Source: Anaerolineae bacterium
Lineage (GTDB): Bacteria; Chloroflexota; Anaerolineae; Anaerolineales; UBA4823
Assembly: GCA_003327455.1 (NCBI GenBank)
Contig: QOQU01000004.1
Location: 390,042-454,041, forward strand
DNA length: 64,000 nt
Direction of reading: 5' to 3'
Part shown: in pieces, positions 41,457-49,085 of the stretch
Layout of the letters: every line of letters begins with the position of its first letter
How positions within the stretch are numbered: position 1 is the first letter of the stretch
The notes under the pieces: model-generated
Seen by the model: only the letters and a program-made list of their open reading frames with translations
Database searches by the model: none
What the model was told of the DNA's origin: nothing
Translations under genes and position numbers: made by a program

Positions 41457-42605
41457 GTGGCTCCGTTGGAGCCTTGGGAAAAATACCTGGTCAAGGTCGA
41501 AGAATTCTCCAAAGATGTGCATGGTCAGAAAACCTGCATCGAATGCCACGGTGGAACCCTCTCGGATGATAAAGAAACCGCCCATCAGGGACTGATCCAC
41601 CGCCCGAGCGAGGGAGAGAATTCAGTCTGTGCCGAGTGCCATCCCAATGTGCATGACACCTATGTCAACAGCCTGCACTACACCCAGCAAGGTTATTTCA
41701 CCACCTTCAACGCCCGCAGTGTGCCCGAAAACCACGCTGCCTTTCAAACCGCCTTCGATAATCACTGCGCCCGCTGCCATACCACCTGCGGCGATTGCCA
41801 TGTCAGCACGCCCATCTCGGCGGGCGGTGGTTTGTTCGACGGACATCTCTTCAAACGTACGCCACCGATGACCCGTTCCTGCACCGCCTGCCATGGTAGC
41901 CGCGTGGGCAACGAATACATGGGCAAAAATGAGGGCATTCAAGCGGATGTTCATTTTCGCAAAGCTGGCATGAATTGCGTTGATTGTCATCAATCCACCG
42001 AACTGCACGGCGAAGGCGCACAATGCAGTTCCTGTCATCCTGGCCCGGATACCCCTGAAATGCCCCCTATGGATCATCGCTATTCTGGTCTGCAGGTCCC
42101 GTCGTGCGAATCCTGCCATGCCAACGTCCTGACAGGTCCCGAGGCACCCGAAATGCACCTTCAACACGGCGGCAAACTCTCCTGTCAGGTGTGCCATTCG
42201 ACCACCTACACCAGTTGCGATGGTTGCCATGTCGCCATCAGCCAGAAAACCGGCAACCCGTTCTTCGAGACCCAAAACACGTACCTGACATTCTTCATCG
42301 GGCGCAATCCTTTACGCTCATTTGCTCGCCCTTATGAATATGTCCCCGTGCGCCATATTCCGGTGGCACCCACCACCTATCAATTCTACGGTGAGAACTT
42401 AATGCCCAACTTCGATGCGTTACCAACCTGGGCATATACTACTCCCCATAACATTCAACTGCTGACTCCGCAAGCCCAAAGCTGCAACAGTTGTCATGGC
42501 AATCCGGATATCTTCCTGACGGTAGATAAAGTCAAGCCAGAAGAAGTGCCGGCAAACCTGCCGGTCATTGTAGACTCGGTACCCCCTCCCGTTTCAAGAC
42601 CCTGA
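41457..42605 (+). CDS. Multiheme c-type cytochrome (11 CxxCH) lacking its own signal peptide
   Basis: Motifs are CIECH, CAECH, CARCH, CGDCH, CTACH, CVDCH, CSSCH, CESCH, CQVCH, CDGCH and CNSCH. The GTG start is 9 nt after the upstream TGA. The N-terminus MAPLEPWEKYLVKVEEF is hydrophilic. Confidence 0.75.
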   Translation: MAPLEPWEKYLVKVEEFSKDVHGQKTCIECHGGTLSDDKETAHQGLIHRPSEGENSVCAECHPNVHDTYVNSLHYTQQGYFTTFNARSVPENHAAFQTAFDNHCARCHTTCGDCHVSTPISAGGGLFDGHLFKRTPPMTRSCTACHGSRVGNEYMGKNEGIQADVHFRKAGMNCVDCHQSTELHGEGAQCSSCHPGPDTPEMPPMDHRYSGLQVPSCESCHANVLTGPEAPEMHLQHGGKLSCQVCHSTTYTSCDGCHVAISQKTGNPFFETQNTYLTFFIGRNPLRSFARPYEYVPVRHIPVAPTTYQFYGENLMPNFDALPTWAYTTPHNIQLLTPQAQSCNSCHGNPDIFLTVDKVKPEEVPANLPVIVDSVPPPVSRP

Positions 42606-42651
42606 ATGGGAGTTTTGAGTGGTAAACCTTAAAACTTATTGCAGGAGAAGA

Positions 42652-43758
42652 ATGAAAATGAAAATCCACAAAATTCTAACAATATTGGTTCTAATCAGTT
42701 TCTTGCTCGGAGCCTGCTCGTCTGCCGCTCCTACGGAAGCCCCGCCGGTCGAGACTCAGGCACCTGTGGTCACGGAAGCTCCACCGCCGACCCCAACTCC
42801 CGAACCACCCACACCCACGCCAGAGCCCCCCACTCCAACGCCTGAGCCGGAGGTGGATGAGTTCGCTGTCGTAGCAGCCTATATCAGCGAAAAGTACGCT
42901 AATTGGACGCCGGTCATCACCGCCGATAAGCTCTTCGAGAACCTGACCGACGGCGATGATACCAACAACCCCTTCATCATTGACGTGCGCAAGCCCGAAG
43001 ACTATGCCAAAGGGCATATTCAAGGGGCGGTCAACGTCTTCTGGAATGAGATTATCAAACCCGAAGTGCTGGCAGCTCTGCCGAAAGATCGCCTGATCGT
43101 CACCTATTGCTACACCGGGCATACCGGTGAGGCTGCAGCGACCATCCTCCATCTGCTTGGCTACAACGTCACCAACCTGAAGTACGGCATGATGGGTTGG
43201 ACTGCCAACGAGGAAGTGGTCGGCCAGCCCGGTTTCAAGGGTGGTGCCGGCTATCAGGTGGAAACCGAACCCCACGAACTGCCCGAAGCAGAAGTCACCC
43301 CACCCACCTTCAAGACCGGACAGAAAGAACCTGTTGACATCATCCTGGCTCGTGCTCAGGAACTGCTCGCCAAGTGGACGCCGGTTGTCACGGCTGATAA
43401 ACTGTTCGAAAACCTTGCCGATGGAGACGATGCCAACAATCCCTTTATCATCGATGTTCGCAAGCCCGAAGATTACGCTCGCGGCCACGTGCCCGGTGCG
43501 GTCAATGTCTTCTGGACCGGGATTGCTGCTCCAGAAGTCCTGGCAAAACTGCCCACTGACCGCCAGATTGTGACCTATTGCTACACGGGTCACACCGGGG
43601 AAGCCGCGGCGGTGGCTTTGATGCTGCTCGGCTATGATGTCACCAACCTCAAGTTTGCCATCATGGGTTGGACAGATAATGAGGAGGTGGTCGGGCAACC
43701 GATCTTCACCGGCGCAGCGGATTACGCAGTTGATACCGAACCGGTCGCCTTTCCATAA
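42652..43758 (+). CDS. Lipoprotein with two tandem rhodanese domains
   Basis: Lipobox FLLGACSS and linker (PPTPTPE)x3. Two roughly 75%-identical modules each contain IIDVRKPEDYA.GH..GAVNV and the Cys loop VTYCYTGHTGEAAA. Confidence 0.85.
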   Translation: MKMKIHKILTILVLISFLLGACSSAAPTEAPPVETQAPVVTEAPPPTPTPEPPTPTPEPPTPTPEPEVDEFAVVAAYISEKYANWTPVITADKLFENLTDGDDTNNPFIIDVRKPEDYAKGHIQGAVNVFWNEIIKPEVLAALPKDRLIVTYCYTGHTGEAAATILHLLGYNVTNLKYGMMGWTANEEVVGQPGFKGGAGYQVETEPHELPEAEVTPPTFKTGQKEPVDIILARAQELLAKWTPVVTADKLFENLADGDDANNPFIIDVRKPEDYARGHVPGAVNVFWTGIAAPEVLAKLPTDRQIVTYCYTGHTGEAAAVALMLLGYDVTNLKFAIMGWTDNEEVVGQPIFTGAADYAVDTEPVAFP

Positions 43759-43785
43759 CCCCTGACACCAAATCCTGAAAGACGA

Positions 43786-43819
43786 GCGGGATAGCCCGGG
43801 CGGCTATCCCGCCGTTTTA
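43786..43819 (+). terminator. Rho-independent terminator after the rhodanese gene
   Basis: GCGGGATAGCC-cgggc-GGCTATCCCGC (11-bp stem) followed by CGTTTTAT. Confidence 0.7.
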
Positions 43820-43865
43820 TCCCTATTTCCCCTCGCCCCAAGCCGCATCCCGACGCCTTTGCCTA

Positions 43866-44300
43866 CATCCCTCACCCTAATCCTCTCCCTAAGGGAGAGG
43901 GAATCGAACTCCCCTCGCCCTGTGGGCGAGGGGACGGGGGTGAGGGCTGCTCCCCTCGCCCAAGCCAGCCCGCAGGGCTTCCAGGTAGGGAGGCAGGGTT
44001 TTACCCGCCGAAAAAGTTGCACCGCGCCCGCCGCACCTGGACACCTGCGCCATCATCTCTCACCCTAGCCCTCTCCCCTCGCCCTGTGGGAGAGGGGCCG
44101 GGGGTGAGGGCTACTCCCCTCACCCAAGCCAGCCCGCAGGGCTTCCAGGTAGGGAGGCAGGGTTTTAACCCGCCGAAAAAGTTGCACCGCGCCCGCCGCA
44201 CCTGGACACCTGCGCCATCATCCCTCACCCTAGCCCTCTCCCTAAGGGAGAGGGAATCCGTCTCCCCTCGCCCTGTGGGAGAGGGACGGGGGTGAGGGTT
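43866..44300. repeat. About 2.5 tandem copies of a 165-185-nt unit built from nested GC-rich hairpins
   Basis: Units start at 43866, 44051 and 44216 (CATC(AT)C(C/T)CTCACCCTA...). Each has CCCTCACCC...GGGGTGAGGG arms enclosing CTCCCCTCGCCC-tgtg-GG(C/A)GAGGGGA. Units 1 and 3 add CTCTCCC-taa-GGGAGAG. The shared tail is CCAAGCCAGCCCGCAGGGCTTCCAGGTAGGGAGGCAGGGTTTTA(A)CCCGCCGAAAAAGTTGCACCGCGCCCGCCGCACCTGGACACCTGCGC. Confidence 0.9.
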
Positions 44301-44760
44301 GGAGACGTTGCATACAGAGTTATCCCTTATCCTCAACCCTTCTTCCGGAGGGCGAAGGGAGTTGAACTTCTCTTGCCCAGCGGAAGAAAGCCGGGTGGTG
44401 AGGCTTTGCTGGATTAATCAGCCAGGTGCAACGGCAGAAGGAGGCACCTATACAGGTTGAAGAGCAGTTTGTGAAGTCTAGAAAGAGCAATATATCTGAT
44501 GACGAAATGCAGAGTAGCTAACCCGGCGGAGGTCATTTGTTAAACAGTTGTATCGTGGATATGAGCGTTGCGATTTCCAACGAAGATCCAATCGGTTTGT
44601 TGACGTACTTCAATTTCATCAACTTTCTCTAAACATCATGGTCGGGTTGCCTGTTCGAGATAGCTGTCATCCAATGGGGGATAAAACCCGGCGCTTGTCT
44701 CTTTCTTCTTTCCACTCGGAACACTCTATCGTGGCGAAACCTTGCCCCTCAGATTCAATA

Positions 44761-45762
44761 TCAAGACGGGTTGTCATCTGGTGACAGCGTGCTATCTTTT
44801 TGAAGTTCAGAGATCACCATCTTAGCCGTCTCGGTGTCGGTGATCAGGCAATCGCACAGCTTACCTCTGATCGCTCCTACGATAGCCTCGACTTTATAAG
44901 ATCCAGCAGCAATGATAACAAGATAGGGGATTTTTAGAATATCCTCCCATTCAAGGGATATGATCCGATTTTCCCAAGGAGTTGAGATGTTGTTCCCGTC
45001 AATGTCATAATATCTCATTAAGATCTCTCCAACTGCCCCTTTTTCTCTAAGGTTGTCGATCTCTTGACGGGGTAATAAACCAACCTTGAGAAGGGTTGTA
45101 TCAGGGCCAAGATGTCCCAGCCCGGTATAGGCAATGTCACAATTTTTTGCTTCATTAAGAGCTTGAACAATTCTTGGTTCATGGAGAATAGCATTCCGGG
45201 TAGATTCGCTTTCTACCAAAACCGGAACGGCCAAAGTTTCGAGTTTTGCATGGTACATTTGGGCAACTAACCAACTGATTGTATAAGGATTTGTCTGCCC
45301 AAGCATCGTGCCAGCCAGATCACAGACCGTGAAAGGCACATTTTTTTTATAAGGCCGCAAGTAGTGGGATATTTTCGACACTGTTGTGCTCCATCCCATG
45401 CCTAAACGGATTCCTTTACGAATATTCCTCATTAAATGCTCTGCCCCTGCGTTTCCTACAGCTTCGAGCGTTTCCTCCATTGTTCGACGCGTTTGAACAA
45501 TAATGGCCTCTTTTAATTTTGAGAGCTTACATAATTTATTTTGCAGCTCAAATTCCTCTGGCAAGGGGCGGGTGAGCGTGAATTGAATAATGCCTTCCTT
45601 CCGCGCCTTCTGGATCAATCGGGTCACTTTTACTCTAGATATCCCAAATCTATTTGCGATTTGATCATGGGTTAATCCTTCGTAATAATATAACCATGCG
45701 GCAATTGTTGCCATCTTTTCTTGATCGGAATGCAAGGAAGAATCAGAATATTTCATATCCAT
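44761..45762 (-). CDS. SorC-family sugar-binding transcriptional regulator
   Basis: HTH MATIAAWLYYYEGLTHDQIANRFGISRVKVTRLI plus a SorC sugar-binding domain (IIAAGSYKVEAIVGAI). Confidence 0.88.
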   Translation of the reverse strand: MDMKYSDSSLHSDQEKMATIAAWLYYYEGLTHDQIANRFGISRVKVTRLIQKARKEGIIQFTLTRPLPEEFELQNKLCKLSKLKEAIIVQTRRTMEETLEAVGNAGAEHLMRNIRKGIRLGMGWSTTVSKISHYLRPYKKNVPFTVCDLAGTMLGQTNPYTISWLVAQMYHAKLETLAVPVLVESESTRNAILHEPRIVQALNEAKNCDIAYTGLGHLGPDTTLLKVGLLPRQEIDNLREKGAVGEILMRYYDIDGNNISTPWENRIISLEWEDILKIPYLVIIAAGSYKVEAIVGAIRGKLCDCLITDTETAKMVISELQKDSTLSPDDNPS

Positions 45763-46928
45763 TAGATTATTTGTTCTAAAGCGAGTTGAGCTCCCGATAA
45801 TGCCTTGCGAGGAGAGACTTCGCCAATGAAAGCTGAGTATATCGCGGGATAAAGGACCCCCAAAATTTTACCCAATTTCGGGGTTGATGGTAGAGTACTA
45901 CATCGCTGAAGCATTTTCATTTGAGTCTTCAGCCAGGCATATCGTTTGAAGTTAGTCTCTGTATAGGTGCTATTACGGACCGGACTACCAGCTAACTCGA
46001 GAACCTTTTGATCGATTGCTTGCCAGGCTATGGAGAGCAGGTGTTCTGTGGTTTGAGTTATTAAGGAGGCGGGTTGGTTGGCAGGTATGCCAATTCCCCA
46101 TGTGGCGTTCCATGGGGTGGAATACAAGGCAGTGGAATACCTCATCGCAGCCCCCTCTGCATATATGGGAGCTGCCTGTCCTCCCCATGTCGGGGCGATA
46201 CAGACCAAACTGGCACGCAGAACCGCAGCGATCTCATTGTTTCCAAAGCGATGGGTCTCCGGTGGACAGAATTGGCGGAGGTTACAATATACCTCAAGAG
46301 CAGAAACACTTGCGTCGCTATAGATAATTGGTTTTGATTCATTGTCCAGTACATCTCCCCCAAAATCCCAGAGAAAAGGTAACCAATCCAAAAAAATTTC
46401 ACTGGGTGAAGCCTTCAGGGCCAATCCGTATAAAGAGGGAGGATGGTGTACACTGGCTACAAGTTGCTCGAGGTTCTTGGGAGATATAAATGGAATTTCT
46501 TCTTCCGTCTCGACTTCAAGATGAATTTTATCCTTAAGATAAAAAAGGATATGTCCATCTGTAAAAAAAGGGATTAAGAACCATTCTTCTTCATAGAAAC
46601 ATTCCGAACGCACCTTTGGAAAGACATCATCCAGATTGAACTGGGATAATAATTCGGATGAGACTCTCTGGACAGGTAGAGGAGCAACTTTTTTTTCTTC
46701 AACCAATGTAGATAACCAAACATGACCTGGAATGAAAACAGCTTGAAAGGGAGATTGAGATTGGTTTAGTGCGTCATTCAGAGTGTTTTGATAGTTGTCC
46801 CAGGGAACAATCGTCAGGTGGAGGTTCGCTCCTGGATGTGTCTTTATATATTCGCTTAATGCTTCCAATGCCGGATCATCAGGCCCAAGGATGTGAAAAA
46901 TCATTTCTTGCTCCTTCGAGTGAATCAA
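45762..46928 (-). CDS. MalE-fold (family 1 solute-binding-protein-like) protein without a signal peptide
   Basis: 388 aa. HLTIVPWDNYQNTLNDAL, FFTDGHILFYLKD, LDWLPFLWDFGGDV and TPWNATWGIGIPAN resemble SBP_bac_1/8. The N-terminus MIHSKEQEMIFHILGPDD has no hydrophobic leader or lipobox. Confidence 0.65.
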   Translation of the reverse strand: MIHSKEQEMIFHILGPDDPALEALSEYIKTHPGANLHLTIVPWDNYQNTLNDALNQSQSPFQAVFIPGHVWLSTLVEEKKVAPLPVQRVSSELLSQFNLDDVFPKVRSECFYEEEWFLIPFFTDGHILFYLKDKIHLEVETEEEIPFISPKNLEQLVASVHHPPSLYGLALKASPSEIFLDWLPFLWDFGGDVLDNESKPIIYSDASVSALEVYCNLRQFCPPETHRFGNNEIAAVLRASLVCIAPTWGGQAAPIYAEGAAMRYSTALYSTPWNATWGIGIPANQPASLITQTTEHLLSIAWQAIDQKVLELAGSPVRNSTYTETNFKRYAWLKTQMKMLQRCSTLPSTPKLGKILGVLYPAIYSAFIGEVSPRKALSGAQLALEQII

Positions 46929-48076
46929 TTACACCATGCATATTTACAAACCAGATCGCGAAAGATACGGCTACTTTCGATCAAATCCCGGCCATGACGG
47001 TGGAGATCTCCACCAATTAAAAGCACAACATCCCTCCCATAAAACTCAACCAACTCATGGATGACTTGCAATTTCATACCGCCGGCGGGAGCGGGGAAAA
47101 TGGGCTTAATGTTTGCCATCGGGTCACTGGCACCCTTAATGATCTCCTTACACTCATCCTTTGAAAATGAGAACCGTCCCCCATAATTTGGAAAAATCAC
47201 AATATCTGCACCAGCCAATCGAGCCAATTGTCCAAAGAGGGCGTAGTGCGAGATGCCACTGTTGGGATTGGTTACAAAACTACCCAGAAAAGAGGGATGA
47301 AGTAGAATTGGTAGAGAAAGCTCTGGATCATTGGCCAGTTCTTGTACATGATCAAAACCGACGATCCCGGCTGAGATCAACAACCCTCCAGCACCTGCGT
47401 TCTTAGCGTAATACGCTCTTTCTCGAAGCTCAATTGTTGGAGCAGTGACATTCGGCACATAAATCGCATGTTCACCTGTTTCCCGGTTCGCTTTTTGAAT
47501 CGCTTCAACACAACGAGAAACCCTATCCTTGAAGGGAGAAAAAGGCTGGTTAGCGATGCCGTGATCGTCTTTGATAATATCAATACCTCCTCTAGCAAAC
47601 TGGTAGACGAGGTTGGCTAAATCCTGGTTGGACAATCCCATGGGTTTGACAGCTGTGCAAAGTAACGGACGATTATGAATATTCAATAGCTCCCGAATCC
47701 CGGCAATACCGTAGCGAGGGCCGGTAAACAGGTGATGAAGTTGTGAGGAAAGATTGATTCTTTCTACTCGAATCCCCGGTTTCAGACTAATATTGCCAAA
47801 AATGACATTCAGGAATTGGGTTATTTCATTAGATGCAATTTCCTCCGCAAAACTAATCTCAACTTCATAGCCAAGCGGGGTTTCTGTGAATCTTTCGATC
47901 CTCCCAAAGATGTGTCTTCGGATATCATCGTCAGGAACCAGGTCTGCAGGGAACTCAACGGTTTGTTCGATGCAAATATCTTCGGCTTTTCGATAAGCCT
48001 CGTCACGATCACCACTCAGGGAATAAACTATCGAAAAACGGTTTCCGCTAAGTTGCAACTGTGTCGGTGACAACAT
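46925..48076 (-). CDS. Form IV RuBisCO-like protein (RLP)
   Basis: 383 aa with large-subunit landmarks: TAVKPMGLS (KPK position), GGIDIIKDDHG (carbamyl-Lys/metal site), APAGGM and LLIGGDLH (phosphate-binding Gly pairs). Several RuBP-specific residues are replaced, so it is not a carboxylase. Confidence 0.88.
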   Translation of the reverse strand: MLSPTQLQLSGNRFSIVYSLSGDRDEAYRKAEDICIEQTVEFPADLVPDDDIRRHIFGRIERFTETPLGYEVEISFAEEIASNEITQFLNVIFGNISLKPGIRVERINLSSQLHHLFTGPRYGIAGIRELLNIHNRPLLCTAVKPMGLSNQDLANLVYQFARGGIDIIKDDHGIANQPFSPFKDRVSRCVEAIQKANRETGEHAIYVPNVTAPTIELRERAYYAKNAGAGGLLISAGIVGFDHVQELANDPELSLPILLHPSFLGSFVTNPNSGISHYALFGQLARLAGADIVIFPNYGGRFSFSKDECKEIIKGASDPMANIKPIFPAPAGGMKLQVIHELVEFYGRDVVLLIGGDLHRHGRDLIESSRIFRDLVCKYAWCN

Positions 48077-49083
48077 CAGAGCGCCTCTGCCTTAGATTCG
48101 CTATGAATTGGTTCTATACGTACTTCTTTTAATTCTTCTTCATCAACACCAAGTGAATTCCCAATCAGGCTCTCAATGTGACGGATCAGAGACATTGCAT
48201 CGATTTCATAGTATCTCATTAGATAGGGGCGGCTTCCGCCGTGGGCAAAAGTATCCTTCAGTCCAATGCGGATCAGGCGTTTATTTAGACCGCTTTCGGC
48301 AAGCGCCTCTGCAACTTCGCTCCCAAGTCCACCAATGATGGTGTGATTTTCCATCGTGATGACACCATATTTGACTTGTGAAGCGACTTCCACAATCTCT
48401 TTCTGGTTGAAGGGTTTATGGGTGGAGATATGTAAATGCGAGATTGAAATGCCTCTGGTTTGTAGTACCTGGGTGGCTCGCATTGCTTCCTCCGTGCAAA
48501 TTCCACTGGAAAAAAGAGCAATATCATTGCCGGTCGAAAGTACCCTTGCCTTGCCAATTTTGAGTGGTTCTGAAGGAGGAAAAAGGCGAGGGATCTCACC
48601 TCGTAATTGTCTAACATAAACCGGCCCGGGGATTTCATGGATTGCCTCAAAAATGCTTTCGACTTCTGTTGCATCGCCTGTTTCAAGAACAGTCATATTC
48701 GGGATAGCGCGTAAGATGGCGATATCGTCAATTGCCTGGTGGGTAGCTCCGCCAGGGGTAGTTATGCCCGGTAAAAAGCCAAATATCCTAACCGGTAGAT
48801 TTGGATAGGCTACCGAGATCGTGATCTGATCCAATGCCCTGCGGTAGAGGAACACAGCGAACGTATGAACAAAAGGAGTATAACCCTCCCTCGCCATACC
48901 GCCAGCAACGCTCATCATATTTTGTTCAGTCATACCAAAGGAGAAAAAACGTTCGGGGTAGGCATCTCGGAACAGCTCGATCTCGGTTGAGCTAGTGAGG
49001 TCAGCCGAGAAGACAACAACGTATGGTTTGTCTTTTGCCCATTCGACCAGTTTTCTAGCATGAACTTTTGATTCGATTCGCAT
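48076..49083 (-). CDS. Transketolase, C-terminal (pyrimidine-binding) subunit
   Basis: 335 aa: FSADLTSST...FFSFGMTEQNMMSVAGGMA..G..PFV.TFAVF is the split transketolase B-chain pattern. Confidence 0.9.
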   Translation of the reverse strand: MRIESKVHARKLVEWAKDKPYVVVFSADLTSSTEIELFRDAYPERFFSFGMTEQNMMSVAGGMAREGYTPFVHTFAVFLYRRALDQITISVAYPNLPVRIFGFLPGITTPGGATHQAIDDIAILRAIPNMTVLETGDATEVESIFEAIHEIPGPVYVRQLRGEIPRLFPPSEPLKIGKARVLSTGNDIALFSSGICTEEAMRATQVLQTRGISISHLHISTHKPFNQKEIVEVASQVKYGVITMENHTIIGGLGSEVAEALAESGLNKRLIRIGLKDTFAHGGSRPYLMRYYEIDAMSLIRHIESLIGNSLGVDEEELKEVRIEPIHSESKAEAL

Positions 49084-49085
49084 AT

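Noticed and set aside
41445-41473. Selenocysteine recoding of the in-frame TGA
   Set aside because: Only a weak 6-bp hairpin (GGCTCC-gtt-GGAGCC) lies 11 nt downstream, with no convincing extended SECIS. The context G-V-G-U-G-G-S is a linker, not a redox site. A nonsense mutation or sequencing error is more likely. It is kept as a low-probability alternative in the finding.
41622-42275. 217-aa minus ORF
   Set aside because: It is antisense to the 11-heme cytochrome. The CxxCH motifs are on the + strand.
42691-43698. 335-aa minus ORF
   Set aside because: It is antisense to the tandem rhodanese gene. Its internal repeat merely mirrors the rhodanese duplication.
43866-44300. Possible CRISPR array
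   Set aside because: The whole 165-185-nt unit is repeated, including what would be the spacers. The repeat length is far above 24-48 nt, and no cas genes or leader are nearby.
43804-44336. ORFs 43804..44022(-), 43859..44068(+), 44001..44336(-) and 44017..44295(+), encoding PSPTGRGE/SPRPVGEG-type peptides
   Set aside because: Both strands are open only because the DNA is a GC-rich palindromic tandem repeat. The peptides repeat with the DNA unit, and there is no RBS or start context.
46925-48076. Bona fide CO2-fixing RuBisCO large subunit
   Set aside because: KPK is KPM, KDDE is KDDH, and the H294-R295 and H327/K334 equivalents are not conserved. There is no small subunit or PRK nearby. It is a form IV RLP.
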